A DNA stretch of 59,043 nucleotides, the filler included, from Pirum gemmata (taxonomy: Eukaryota): NCBI GenBank assembly GCA_002812295.1. It is 10 parts of 10 records of this genome, joined end to end, with 100 filler letters (N's around TTAATTAATTAA, not from the genome) between each part and the next. Parts side by side here need not be neighbours in the genome. Positions count along the whole stretch, not along the records: positions 30,306 to 35,948 come from PDIN01000475.1; positions 36,049 to 41,744 come from PDIN01000476.1; positions 41,845 to 47,515 come from PDIN01000477.1; positions 47,616 to 53,264 come from PDIN01000478.1; 6 more parts are not named here. One strand, written 5' to 3'. Made by a program: the position numbers and the translations under genes. The notes beneath the pieces are model-generated. The model did no database searches. It worked only from the letters and a program-made list of their open reading frames with translations, and was not told the DNA's origin. This document shows, piece by piece, positions 35,851 to 49,929 of the stretch (within the stretch, counting starts at the first letter, position 1; each line of letters opens with the position of its first letter).

Positions 35851-37636
35851 ATTATTATTATTATATTAATTATTATAATTATTATTATTATTATTATTGT
35901 TATTATTATTGTTACTATTGTTACTATTATTATTATTATTATTATTATNNNNNNNNNNNNNNNNNNNNNNNNNNNNNNNNNNNNNNNNNNNNTTAATTAA
36001 TTAANNNNNNNNNNNNNNNNNNNNNNNNNNNNNNNNNNNNNNNNNNNNATAATATAATAATAATAATAAAAATAATAAAAATAATAATAATAATTTTAAA
36101 ATAACAGTATGATAAAAATAATAAAAACAGTAATAATAACCATATAGCTAATAGTAATAATGATAATATTGTGTTTCATGATGTAAAAAAAAAATTTTAT
36201 TATGTACTTTTAATTAAATAACAAAATCAATGTATTAATACATGTGGTCATACAAATAATATTAGGCTGGTTAGCATGCTAACTTCAACGTTAATTAAAA
36301 TACTAATATTAATTATAATACTAGTACTGCTAACAATTAATAAAAATGCTAACTAAGTAGTCTATCGATAAATGAATAATTTAATCCTACAATAAAAATA
36401 ACCAAGGAGGTGAACAGTTGAACAGTTGAACTCCAAGGTCAAGAAACTAGAAGAGTCCTAATAGAGAGAGAGAGAATATAATTATAATAAATAATATTAC
36501 TCAAAAAAGGACTATGTAACTACTGCGATATGTATTACTTTAGACTATATTATCTAGGCCATAATATTATAAAATAATATGAGGTATATAATAATATTAT
36601 CATATTATCCTATCAATAATACTATCTGATAGCTAGCTAGCTAGCTAGCTATCATAGCTAGAACCTATTGAAGACTCATTGAAGAGGCTATGATAGTCTA
36701 GCTAGTCTACCTACGCTATAGGATTAGGATATTATCATAAATGGATAATAGGACTCTGAAGAGTCTGAAGTTTTGTGAAGTTCTGAACTGGACTCAAGTC
36801 ACTCAACCCTCAGTTGAACCCTGACTGAGCTTGACTCAACCAGGTATTAGTTTTAATAGGCCAGTTATTGGAGTAATTTCCAATATTACTATTCCATTGG
36901 TTAGATTTCAATGGTTTTGAATATTTATTATTTATCATTCTGCCTTTTTGGAACACCAATCATGGGATAATATTCTTTTTTTAGAAATATGATATAATAC
37001 CTAAAGGTAGGTAACTCCTGTAGGAAGCCTGGAAACTCTTACTTTTTTTTTTCTTCATTTTTTATTTTATTTTTTATTTTTTATTACTATCACAGCTCTA
37101 TCACTCAAGTAGTTGCTAATACTTACTATCACTCTAGCTAACTAGGACTAGCTAGTAGTTACTATCAGTCTATCAGACTACCATAAATTACAACCCTAGC
37201 TAGAGAGTTAGTAGTATCACATTTATATCGATATTGAAATAAACAATGTATCATAAAACTATATGGATAATATTATACATACTAATTTAAAAGGGTTAGG
37301 GTTAGGACTGGTTAGGGCTAGGGTTAGGATTAGGGTTAGGGTTAGGGGGTGTTAGGGTTAGGGTTAGGGTTAGGGTTAGGGTTAGGGTTAGGGTTAGGGT
37401 TAGGGTTAGGGTTAGGGTTGGGGTTTAGGGTTTAGGGTAAGGTCTCAGAGGGTAGACGATATCATAGTTATTAGTGTTGAAGTGACGATGAAGTTCACAA
37501 GTTCAAAAGAAAAAAAATAATTAGTCTAGTACTGGTCTAATTTCTTTTAGAGCTTTTCCACGGCCACCTGAACTTTTTGAGACTGTAGGGGCAGCTGATC
37601 AAGGTGATTTGAATTGTTGAAAAAATAAATGTAAAT

Positions 37637-37691
<55 letters not shown>

Positions 37692-40303
37692 CTTTTCATC
37701 ATTTGATTTTGATCAACTTGTTTTTGATACAAAAAGCAGCAAAAAGCAGCACTAGCTAGCTATGATACTAATAAATAATAATAATAATAATAAATAAATC
37801 GTGGACTGGGAAAATTATTATTATTATTTTCTTGGTAGTATTATAATAGTTCTAGCTAGCCAGTCTACTACTGTTTTCCAATGCATAAAGTACGAGCTGA
37901 GTGTAATAATTATATTCATATTAATTAATACTGTAGTATAATCATTGAAATATATACATAATATGAAACTATTTATTATATAATATGTATTATGAAATAT
38001 CCCAAAAATAACTATTCGATACGGTATTTATTTAATAAAAAAGTTAATTATTAACAACAGTTACAATTACTGTATATTATTATAATATATTATATTATAA
38101 TACTACCTACTATAATAATATATAGCTACTCAGTAAAGAAAAAAGGAATGCTCTATCGAGACTCGAATTGACACTATTGAGTCTAAAACACACTAAAATA
38201 ATATTAAAAATAAATAAAACTCCTTAGAGATAGTTATTTACAATAATTGTTACAAATTACAACAATTGTTACAATGATCGTTGAAGTCTTGAAGTTTTGT
38301 TGAAAAAGACCACCGCCGACGTCTTTGCTTTAAAAATCTGAATTTTGTTTCAAACTTAGGGTTTTCGTACGCGTATGCGTGCATTGCGTGGTTTTTAACT
38401 TTGTCTTTCTTTCACTTAAAGCTGATTCATTAAAATTAATTTATATGCATTGTGTAATTTTAATATTTATTTATCACACAAACTAATTCTCATAGCATCT
38501 CATATTATCAGATAAATATATAATACCGGGTAGACTAATATAATATAATATTCTATTAAGTTTAGAATCAGCAAAAATTTTATCTACAATCAGAGCCAAA
38601 TCAAATAATTTAGAAGATATTATGATAATCATGGGATGATCCTACTATAAGTATATACAAAATTATGTAGACACATTAAAATGACCAGCTGCAGAAAGTC
38701 CATTACGAGGTCTAAAATAAATAAAAACGTATCATTACTACTAGAACTACTAGCATTATTGTGTTGCATGAACAACGTTAACAATATTAATTAATATGAT
38801 AGAAAGCAATCACAAAACAACAACAACAACAACAGCATCAATATCGCAACATACAACAACAACAACAACAACTGCAAATGCAACTGCAACGGTAACTACA
38901 ACACTAAAAACACATACAACTTTAAATTAAAATACAACAACAAGAACGGCAACAGTAACAGCAGTAACAGCAATAACAACAGCAACCAGCACCACGTGCA
39001 CTACCAAGACAACAATGATATCATTAAATTATTACTATTATTAGATTAGATTACCTGAATAATATAACATGTTAATAATAGCTATAATACAACACGTTCA
39101 TACACAATTCTTACGAGTAGTCTAACATTATGTAAAAAACTGTAGTTCAAGAACACTTCAAGAACTAGAAAAACTACAAATATTTTTCGTCATTTCGTTA
39201 TTTTGGATATTTTAAAAAGAGAGTGATAGACCGGGGTACTACCGGGGTCTAAAAGGCTGACAAAAGCATCAACTGATAGGCTATAGACTAGGGTCTAGAG
39301 TCTATAGACGGCTATAGACGGGGCGGGGCGGCAGAGCTAGCTAGCAAGCTAGTTAGTTGATTATGGATATAACTATAAAATATGCATAATATACAGAAGT
39401 ATCATAACACAAAAAAAATCGAATAGCTATTTAATTAACTATTAATAATTAAAATAACTAATCATTTTTTAAAGTTTTTTGTTTTGAATTGTATTGAAAA
39501 TATTGCAGTTTGTATTAATATTTTTATAATATGAATTCATTTATTAGATTTGTGTTTGATTTGTGTGTAATATTACATATATTATAATGTACTATAAAAT
39601 GTCTTGTTCAAATAATAATAATACTTATAATTATAGAGAAATTATCAGTTGCAGATAGGGAAGTAGACTCAGATTAGCTACTATATCTGACCACGATATG
39701 ATACTAACTATCGATACTGTATATACAGTGATTTTCGATCAGATTAAAATGTGTATACTACGGTATGGAAAGCTTAATTAAGCAATGAATAAGTTTAATT
39801 ATAAATATGCATTATGAATTATATTATCCTCAATTAATAATGTATGATATCACTACACTATTACTACTAGTATATGATATTGAATATTGATAATATTAAT
39901 AATAATATTGATAATAATTAATAATTATTGATAACAATTGTTATTATTATTATTATTATTGTTGTAATTTTATTATTTATAGTAGTATTTATAGTATAAT
40001 TATTATAAATCAAGTATAGGAACTTATTGATGCTACGATCACGTTATCGATTATTTTTTAATATTGTGCTTTTCAGTTGTTTTGTCATCATAAAATATAC
40101 AATAAAGAGTACCAAATTAATACCATATAAATCCACTTTATTTAATTTGGTATATTATATTATCTATTTATTCATTTAAATATTCAGAGTGACAAAATAA
40201 ATGAAACGCACCGTCAGCTAGATAATATCAGATAGATAGTCTTGTAATAATAACATTTTTCTCAAGACGTTTTTTTCTTTTCTTTTTTTCCTTTTGTTTT
40301 TTT

Positions 40304-40355
<52 letters not shown>

Positions 40356-41131
40356 TGGTATCTTCTCTAGCTACTCTAGCTATCGATAGACTACTATCGA
40401 TATCATAGCTAGTCTAGAGCTAGTAGCCCTTTCAATCAGTGCTTCCTGCCCGATTAAAGTATTAACTATCATTTTTTGGTTTTCATGGTGCCAAAAAAAA
40501 GAAACTGTTCTATTCTGTTTCCAAGTACCAGATGCTAACTTACTACGAGCTAGTTTGGATGTAGTGGTCTTCAGCCTAGGGTCTAGCTAGCGTGGGCTTG
40601 GGGAGTGGAATTACCACAGCTGGTTTAATGGGCGGTCAAACCCAAACATAAGATACCAAAATATTTTCAAAATGACCCATAAGAAATACAAAAGTAGACT
40701 AACAAGATTTTTTTTTTGTTTATTCGTATGATAGTCTGCAGCGCCCTCACTGAACTACACACTGCCTACACTGATATAGACTATAGTACTGATTATCACA
40801 TTTTGTAGACTTTTATTGAATTTTTTTTTTCAGTGATTATAACTTTATAGTTTTTTTTATACTGGGCATATATATATATGAATAATAATTACATAAACCA
40901 TAAACAAAATAATAACAAAATGTATTAACAATAATAAAAATTATTGATACTTATTTTCCAATTTAAGTTGTTTTATTATTATTATTATTTATTATTTATT
41001 ATTTATTATTTATTATTTATTGTTTATTATTTATTATTTATTGTTTATTATTTATTATTTATTATTTATTATTTATTATTTATTGTTTATTGTTTATTAT
41101 TTATTAATTATTATTTATTATTTATTATTAG

Positions 41132-41212
41132 GCAACCGTGTTTATGAAATTGGAAAATCAGAGAAGGATAAAATCCATTCTTATTTTATTGTATTGGCTT
41201 TAATCATGAATA
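41132..41212 (+). CDS. Probable isolated 81-nt internal exon of an unidentified gene
   Basis: TAG|..GNRVYEIGKSEKDKIHSYFIVLALIMN..|GTAAGT. Symmetric phase 1-1, flanked by microsatellite-rich sequence. Confidence 0.4.
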
Positions 41213-41868
41213 GTAAGTTTTCAGTGTTATTGTTATTGTTATTGTTATTGTTATTGTTATTGTTATTGTTATTGTTATTGTTATTGTTATTGTTATTGTT
41301 ATTGTTATTGTTATTGTTATTGTTATTGTTATTNNNNNNNNNNNNNNNNNNNNNNNNNNNNNNNNNNNNNNNNNNNNNNNNNNNNNNNNNNNNNNNNNNN
41401 NNNNNNTTGTTGTTATTGTTGTTATTGTTATTATTGTTATTATCGTTGTTATTGTTGTTATTGTTGTTATTGTTATTGATGTTATTGTTGTTATTGTTAT
41501 TGATGTTACTGTTATTGTTGTTATTGTTATTGTTATTGTTATTGTTATTGTTATTGTTATTGTTATTGTTATTGTTATTGTTATTGTAATTGTAATAGGT
41601 ATTATAATTGGTATTGTGAGGGATGAGGGTGAGAGTGAGCGTTATTGTAATTGTAATTAAAATTATAATTGTAATTGTAATTGTAATCGTTACAGTTATA
41701 GTTATTACTTTTGTTATAGTTATAGTTATAGTTATAGTTATAGTNNNNNNNNNNNNNNNNNNNNNNNNNNNNNNNNNNNNNNNNNNNNTTAATTAATTAA
41801 NNNNNNNNNNNNNNNNNNNNNNNNNNNNNNNNNNNNNNNNNNNNTTTTTTAATTTTTTACTATTACAG

Positions 41869-42021
41869 ATTATTACGACGAATACAATTAATCAAGAAAA
41901 GAACCTAAAAGAATGCTCGAAACTGAAAGTAATCGACATAAGTCCACTGATCACTGAAGCAGTGAGAAGAATAAACTACGGTGAATCTTTATCCTTTTTA
42001 GGACATTCTGTTCCTTTATAA
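41869..42021 (+). CDS. Ribose-phosphate pyrophosphokinase (PRPP synthetase) family, last exon (not in the ORF track)
   Basis: CAG|IITTNTINQEKNLKECSKLKVIDISPLITEAVRRINYGESLSFLGHSVPL-TAA aligns by eye with the PRPS C-terminus VVVTNTIP...VIDIS..LAEAIRR.HNGESVSYLF..VPL. Catalytic subunit versus PRPSAP-type cannot be resolved from this exon. Confidence 0.9.
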   Translation: MITTNTINQEKNLKECSKLKVIDISPLITEAVRRINYGESLSFLGHSVPL

Positions 42022-42944
42022 GGAAAAGTTATCATTTATCATTTTAAACATTCTGTTCCCTTGTATAAGAAGAATGTATTGTTCAAATTTGATTTTTTAC
42101 GTGTGTCCGTCCTTTTTTTTATTCTGGTATTTTGAGATTCCTCTGTTCCTTTAGAAGAATAAGAAAATAATTGATAAATGTATTGTTCAAATTTAATTTT
42201 TTTTCGTGTGTCCTTTCCTTTTTTTATTCTGGTATTTTAATTCTTAGTTTTTTAAGTTTTTTTATTTGTGTGAATATAGAGTCAGTATAATGTAANAATA
42301 ATTGATAAATGTATTGTTCAAATTTAATTTTTTTTTGTGTGTCCTTTCCTTTTTTTATTCTGGTATTTTAATTCTTAGTTTTTTAAGTTTTTTTATTTGT
42401 GTGAATATAGAGTCAGTATAATGTAAATGCTGGTAGTTCTCAAATTGTGCCCATATTTTATTTGACACTTAATATTTTCAACGGTGTAAAAATTTGAAAA
42501 ACTAAATAAATACAATGAGTGGTGCTCTTTTCTATTTTTTGTGCATCAAAAAAAAAAAATCTCAGAAATTTTGAACCAGTTTGAACCATTATTGCGATAT
42601 ATTATTGAAATAAAGCCCAAATAAAAAATTATTTTACAAAAGATAACACTTTTTGTTTGCAAAAAGAGATAGATATTTTTCATATATTATTCACTGAAAG
42701 GTGTATGATAATACTATCATAATTATTATGTTACAGTGCTTTTTAGTTGGTTTATCATCAGAAAATATATAAATAAAGAGTACCAAATTAATACATTATA
42801 AATCCATTTAACTTAATTTGGTATATTTTATTATCTATTTATTCATTTAAAAATATCAATTTTAAAGGTTTTAACCCACCAAATAAATATTCAGAGCGAC
42901 AAAATAAATGATTTTTTTCATATTTTATTCACTGATAATACAGT

Positions 42945-43136
42945 GTGCTTTTCAGTTGTTTTGTCATCAGAAAAATATACAATAAAGAGTAACAAATAAA
43001 AACAATATAAATCCCATTTAATTTAATCTGGTATGTTTTATTATCTATTTATTCATTTAAAAATATTAATTTTAAAGGTTTTAATGTTTTAACCCACCAA
43101 ATAAATATTCAGAGTGATAAAATAAATGAAAAGCAC
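42945..43136 (+). mobile_element. MITE family B (~190 bp, TIR (TC)GTGCTTTTCA). Copies near 12803-12950, 25494-25640(-), 26600-26720(-), 27627-27790(-), 40066-40211, 42736-42911, 57430-57480, 58070-58252(-)
   Basis: Perfect GTGCTTTTCA/TGAAAAGCAC termini at 42945-43136. Conserved internal GTACCAAATTAATA...AATTTGGTATATTTTATTAT...ATATTCAGAGTGACAAAATAAATG. Confidence 0.8.
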
Positions 43137-44105
43137 ATGGATAGTTAGCGTCCCTGATACAACGTGTGACCTACATGTGACACTGGAGACCCATCGCTTT
43201 AGAATAACTCCCATATCCCTATGAATACTATTGATTATTTTGTAATAGTGCTGCAAATAGTATCGCTCAGTTTTTTAAAGTGACGCTAATTGCAAGGGGT
43301 GCAAACACTATTTACAGTTCTAGCTAGCTATCGATAGTAGATTCTCAGTTGGGGTTAGGCCCGTTAGGGTTAGGGTTAAGGTTAGTTATGATAGCTAACC
43401 CCTTGCCTGGAGCAGCCCGAAACACGTAGGTGACGATTCATGTAATATTATTATTTATGATATCATATAAATAAAAAAAAGACAAGCAGTGATAATGTTT
43501 TTTATTGAGACCAGGAAAAAAAATTTTTTTTTGGACCCGCCCCTTAGACCTTAGTATGAGCTAAAAATCTGACGAAAATCTTAAAATCTACCAATTGTAA
43601 TAAAATTACTACCAAATTTTATATAATGTCTAATTATAAAAAACTATATTATGAACCAATGGCCAGCTTTTAAAAATAATTTGGCTAGTTTAATAGCATT
43701 AATTTTTTTTTTAGAAAAGAAGTCTAACTAAAAAAATAATGATTTCTGCACAGAGGATTTCTGCAGGAGACTATAAAAAAAAAAAAATCATAAAAAATCT
43801 AAAGCTGATGTGGATTGTGGAAGTATTGTGGATTATGAATTTATGCAAGTTATATATTATAATATAATGATAATAATAATAATAATAATATTGATAATGA
43901 TAATATTAATAATAATATTAATAATGATAATATAATATATAGTTAAAATTACCAGATGACCCTTCCCCTATAAGAGTATAATAATAACACTCCTAATAAA
44001 ACTCAGTTACTTCTGGCTGTAAATATACTCAATTTCACGTGGGAGTGATATCTATAAGTTTGTTTTAGTTTGTAAAAAATTTAATTCGCTTTTCTATTCA
44101 CAGCA

Positions 44106-45221
44106 ATGACCACCATTACTTACAAAGAATTTTTATTAGATGCAAAGCAGTTTTTAGAAAAGTCAAATGAGTTAAGTGATGGTTGGTTTTGGGTCAATTA
44201 TAATGCTGCTGATTCAGATATCGGAAAAAAATATTTAAGGAAATGTGGGAATAGACTAACGATTGACTCTAGTCATCGTTATTATTGTTCCATGCCTACC
44301 GACAAACAGATAGGTAAGGATATTGAGTGTAGTGATGATAATGACGATTTGGCTGATATTTGTGATTTGATGCAGGATACTGTGGTTGAAGCCTCTGAAC
44401 AGCAAGACAAAAATAATATTGCAAATATTACAAAGAAGACGGAAAAGGAAAGGCTTCAAGTTAGTAGCGAAAAACGTTAACCCTAACTCTTAAACATAAA
44501 ATTATTTTATTTTTTAAATCCCCAAACATTGTTTTGTTTAGTAATTTTAACCTTTGATTGTATATCCATCACTTCCACAAACCAAATTCTGTGATCAAAA
44601 ACATAAGCATGCTTGTAAATCTGTTTTTAATGTTTTAACGGTTTAATCAGACTTTATTTTGCATCGTTTCACCCCATGTTTCTTGTCATAAATAATAACT
44701 ACATTCCCTTAATTTTTGTACAGGAACATGAATACGATTATGAAATTTTGTATTGCTCTAGTTACCGAGTCCCTGTACTCTATTTTTTAGGGCGTGATGT
44801 CTCTACTGGAAAACGCTTAAGGCTTGAAGAAACGTGGTCAGATTTTGATTATTTTCATCGATTAAATTTCATAAAAAACGACGACGAATCACAAGATGAA
44901 TCTCCTGGTATCGACAATACTGTTACCAACATACATGATAATGAAGAAAATAGGATTGATAAAATGAAAATGATGGGAGTCATTACCCAATCCGAACACC
45001 CAGTAACGAATAAAATATGTTTCCAACTTCATCCATGCTACACAGCGGAAATGATGAAAAACATACTCTCTTATCGCAAAACAATTATCAGTGAAGCTAA
45101 AAGCACAAGGAATGACAATAGTAATTGTGGTCAAGATTTCAATTATCTTCTTTCTTGGTTAAGTTTCGTTGGCCCTGTTATTGGACTACAAGTTTCTGCA
45201 AAGTTTTTAAAAAAACTTTAA
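44106..45221 (+). CDS. ATG10: Ubiquitin-like-conjugating enzyme ATG10 (283 aa, 2 exons)
   Basis: Exons 44106-44459 and 44724-45221 (GTTAGT...CAG, phase 0). Motifs YEILYCSSYRVPVLYF, ITQSEHP, FQLHPC (catalytic Cys), NYLLSWLSFVGPVIGL. Confidence 0.92.
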
Positions 45222-45519
45222 ACCCCAGACTTAAGAACTTTACGTTTAAACTCTCTCGTCAACTTTATTTATTTATTAGGTTTTATTGTTATTATAATTA
45301 TATTTATCATCTAGTCGTACAAAAGTGTAACTGGTAAGGTAAGTTAACAGTAACGGCAACAAAACAATAACAAAAAATACTATGAACATAATGATAACGA
45401 ATGTTTTTTTTTTTTTGTCATGTTCGAAGTTGCTTTTCGCCTTTTCCCCCGTAGTATCAGTTGTCTTTTGCGGGTTTGTTCATTCTCTACTTTCTAGCCT
45501 AGCTAGTACTAAACGATTA

Positions 45520-46600
45520 AGTCAGTTATTAAATTCTGTAGAAGATTTGCTCCTTTTTAATCAACCGCAGAGTAAGAACGTTTGATTTACAAAATGAAAT
45601 TCGTTAGTCTAGTTTGCTTTCAAAAGTTTTTTCAATTATTTGCTGCTGACTTTTTGTTCTCACTTTGATTATCTTTTATTTCTACGATGAAATGAAGTTC
45701 ATGATTATCTTTTATTTCTACGATGAAATGAAGTTCATTCTCTAACCTAACACTAAATAATTAAGTGAGTTAAATTCTGTAGAAGATTTGTGCTCCTTTT
45801 TAATCAAACTGCAGAGTAAAAAATGTATGTATGATTTACAAAATGAAATTCGTTTAGTCTAGTTTTGCTGCTGACTTTTTGTTCTCACTTTGATTTTATT
45901 TCTAAGATGAAATGAATTCATATATATATATATATGGAACCAGATTTGGGTCTTTCGGCCCTTGGTCTACATATATATATATATATATATAATATATTAC
46001 TCCTTATAATATAACTATTCGTTCTAACTTTAGCCATGCTTTTTCGCATCTTTCGCACCTTTCGCGCACCTTTCGCGCACCTTTATTCTTTCCTAATGGT
46101 AACTTTACACAAATTCTGTAGAAAAATTGCGGCAATAAGGGATATACCCTTAATTTTACTTCGGCATTGATGAATCTGAATTCATTGGATTGCTTCAAAA
46201 GTTTTTAAACATGTTTTTTCTCACTTCAATCGTGCCTTTTTTCCCGCACCTTTACTCTTCCGTAGAATATTTGTGGTAAAGGAATTCCCACGCTTCCAAA
46301 AGTTTTTGCTAGTTGTTGTTTTTCTTACTTTACTTCAATTGTGTCTTTTCGGCACATTTATTCTTTCTTTCGGTAACTCTTCTGCGCCAATTTTGTAGAA
46401 GATTAGTGGTAATTGACGTACTCTTTATTTTACTTCTACGTTTTTATTCGAAATTATTACCGTTGAAATAAAATTTCTTCAAAAGTTTTTAAGCTATTTG
46501 TTGCTTTTTCTCCCTTTTTCACATCTTTATTCTTTCTTAAGGCAGCAAACTTTGCGCAAACTCTAGTAGAAGATTTGCGATCGTGCTTCAAAAAATTTCG
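45520..46600. repeat. Diverged tandem array of ~100-240-bp units between two convergent genes
   Basis: 45520-45720 and 45763-45920 are close copies. Motifs TTTATTCTTTC, GTAGAAGATT and CTTCAAAAGTTTTT recur through 46080-46600. Confidence 0.65.
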
Positions 46601-47005
46601 CTATTAATCGTGTGGTGCCCCCCCCGCTTTTTTTTTTTTTTTTTTTTATTTTTTTTCTCTTTCTTTTTTCTTGTTTTTTTTTATAGTCTTATTATCTAAT
46701 TTAGTCTTTTTTATCTTTCCAGTTTTTAATATAGTCTGAAAAAAAAAGGAAAAAAAAAATGACAAAAAATGACAAACAAAAATGCTCCAAACTGGTAAAA
46801 GCCATAATTTATAAGTATTATTAGGTATTAGGTTTATGGCATGAAAAAGGCAAAAAATAGATTTGAAATAAATTGTATCCGTGAACTCGTACCATCGTGA
46901 GTCAGTTTAGTTTGTAATTGTGTAAATAATAATAATAATAATAATAATAAGGGGGGTAGTGGGTTTGTCTTTTGGTATTTGTAATGCAAAAGAGCTCAAG
47001 TGTTA

Positions 47006-47437
47006 TCAATCCAAAACAGCAACTTTCTTTTTCTTTATCACTATTTCTTCGTCGATTTCCTCAATAATATCGTTTCTTTGTATAGATAAATTATGTTGTT
47101 TGTTGAGTTTCTTTTGCTCTTGCTCTTGCTCTTGTTCTTGCTCTTGCTCTTGCTCTTGCTCTTGCTTTTGCTTTTGCTCTTGTAGTCGGTAAGGCTCATT
47201 TTCTTTTCGATGTTGAATTTGGTTTTGTTGCCCAAGTTCTTGTAGGGTTGTGCTTTGTTCACCTTGCTCTTGCTGTTGTAGCTGTTGATTTATTAATTTA
47301 TCCTGTACTATTAAACTTTGTTGTATTCTTTCTAATCTTGTTGTTGCTTCTAATAATGTTTTTAAGTTATCGAAATCATTTCTTTGCTCTATCGTTTGTG
47401 TTGTCAACTTTTCATATTCTTCGGAAAATTCTTTTAA
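47006..47437 (-). CDS. Probable last exon of an unidentified Gln/Glu-rich coiled-coil protein
   Basis: TAG acceptor at 47438-47440, then open LKEFSEEYEKLTTQTIEQ...QEQEQE...KKKKVAVLD, ending TGA TAA. Upstream exons lie beyond the scaffold end. Confidence 0.55.
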   Translation of the reverse strand, partial: LKEFSEEYEKLTTQTIEQRNDFDNLKTLLEATTRLERIQQSLIVQDKLINQQLQQQEQGEQSTTLQELGQQNQIQHRKENEPYRLQEQKQKQEQEQEQEQEQEQEQEQKKLNKQHNLSIQRNDIIEEIDEEIVIKKKKVAVLD

Positions 47438-47799
47438 CTACCAGAGTAGAATATTTGTAGGAATAACCGTAAAACAAGCAAACATACAAAAAAAAGAAAT
47501 TATTCAATATATATANNNNNNNNNNNNNNNNNNNNNNNNNNNNNNNNNNNNNNNNNNNNTTAATTAATTAANNNNNNNNNNNNNNNNNNNNNNNNNNNNN
47601 NNNNNNNNNNNNNNNAATAATAATAAAAATAACAATATTTTAAATAATATGATTAGAGTATGATTAGTGTATGATTACTATGATAATAACAAAATTTTTG
47701 TAGCCAAGCCTTATCCGACTTGAAATTCCATGTAATGATACGTCACTGTGGTTAGGGTTAGGGTTAGGGTACTGTTAGGGTTAGGGTTAGGGTTAGGGT

Positions 47800-48010
47800 T
47801 TGAGTCGGATCGATGCAGGAAAAGGTCCCGAATCATATTCTGTTATTATATTTGATTTTTTGAATTGGTCGAGTAATTTGAGTTGGATTTTTCAGTCGGT
47901 TTCGAGTATTTTAACCCTGACTGAAACCCGACTCGATCAATTTAAAAAATCAAAAAAATAATAATAGGAGAATATGATTCGGGACCTTTTCCTGCATCGA
48001 TCCGAATCAA
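47800..48010. mobile_element. Foldback/MITE-like element with a perfect 37-bp terminal inverted repeat (imperfect out to ~70 bp)
   Basis: TCGGATCGATGCAGGAAAAGGTCCCGAATCATATTCT (47805-47841) is the exact reverse complement of 47969-48005. Confidence 0.8.
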
Positions 48011-49598
48011 AAAATATGAAGCCAAGCCCTCACGAGTCACAACTGGCTTCTCCCAATTCTAGGCTTCTCCCAATTCTGCTCTGTTTAAAATTCGAGATTN
48101 GTATATTAATTAAAAAGTTCGAAATGTTCAAGCTTACAATTAAGTATTCAAATATATTTATTTATTAATAAACCCGAAAAATAGGGAAAAAAATATTTTT
48201 CGAACGGAGCTGAATTTTGGCTTTTTTTGAAAGCAAAAATTCGAGTTTTCGAGTTTGAGCAGAATTGGGTATTTGACAACACTTTGACAACCCTGACACA
48301 ATCAGATGTTGTAAAATTCTGCAACGATTTTAGCGAATAAAAAAGCCTGTTGCAGATCAAAAAAGGAGTTGAGTGGCTACAGAATCATGTATTATTAGAC
48401 TTCTCCCAACTCTGCTCTTTTTTTTTTTAAAAAGTTTTCAAGCCTATTTATTAATTAAATAAGTTCGAAATTGTCAGCTTACAATTAAGTATTCAAATAT
48501 ATTTATTTATTTATAAATCAAAAAAAAAAAATGGAAAAAATAAATTTCGAACAGGCTGAATTTCGGCTTTTTTTTAGACGCAGAAATTCGAGTTTTCGGG
48601 CTTGAGCAGAATTGGGAGAGGTTTAATGTCTGGCTTATTTATTACTGTTGGGACTATCAAATCATCTATCAAATCATTAAAAATCAAAGTCAAGCAATAA
48701 TAATAACAATATTATTATGATATAATAACATTGTCCCATTTATATTATTATTATCAATTATAAATTAATTAATTAAAATTATTGTTGATTATTATTATTA
48801 TTATTATTGCTATTATTAATCATTATTATTATTCGGGCAGTCTAGTTTACTAATAATCACTATTATCTATATATATGTACCGTTTCAATCTTCCTCGTTC
48901 ATAAGCTTGAAGAATTGGAAGGTAGGTTTTATATATGATAAAATTATCATTGAATTTTTATATGACATACATTACAGACACACTCACACATCATAATTAA
49001 TTACAATCAAAGTAAACTGTATTCTATGAATATATTATGACTATGATATTGTAATAAAATTTAATCGGTTATAGATAATATCTTAATCTTAATTCTAACC
49101 CTAGCCCTGTAGCTAACCCGTTACTACTGTTATTATTGATCTCCTCACTTCATATCGCCTCATAACTTCACAAACTCGACCAAGTCCTAAGAAGTTCCTG
49201 TGCAAGAATTACTATAACAGATCTAGAGTCAAATTCATTACAATGGGTTTAATAATTAAAATATTTTTGTATATTACTTCTCCTTTTCAAATATATATAT
49301 TTGACAAACGAAATAATATAGTATGATAAATAATAATATCTGGGTATTTTTAACGTAACTTTAGGAGTTTTTATCCCCTTTTTAATATGATGAAAAAGAT
49401 TAAATTTTTAATGATCAATGCTAATAATGTCAATTAAATAATAATTATTCATAATAATAAGTTTTTTAAAAATTTTAAAATATTACAAAATGATGTAATA
49501 ATAAAATTGACTACAAGATTATATTAAATTATACAAATTATTTTAAAAATGAAAACAAAAACAAAAACAAAAACAAAAAAACAAAAAACAAAACGAAA

Positions 49599-49672
<74 letters not shown>

Positions 49673-49929
49673 AAAAAATTAAAAAAAAAACTAAAAAAAG
49701 TATATAAAAAAAGTCTATAAAAGTTAAAAAAGTTGAAAAACAAAAAACCAAACAAAAAAAAAAGAAAACGAAAACTAAGCAACGAAACTGATTAAATTAT
49801 TAATACCAATACGATATTACTAAATAATACTAATACTAAATATTTAGTAAATATTCCCTAATATTTATAATCTTACAATTTTGATAAAACATACTATTTT
49901 TTAATTTTAATTAAAACTAATTAATAAAA

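Noticed and set aside
42166..42426. ~130-bp tandem duplication downstream of PRPS
   Set aside because: The copies are almost identical and separated by a single N, typical of an unmerged contig overlap.
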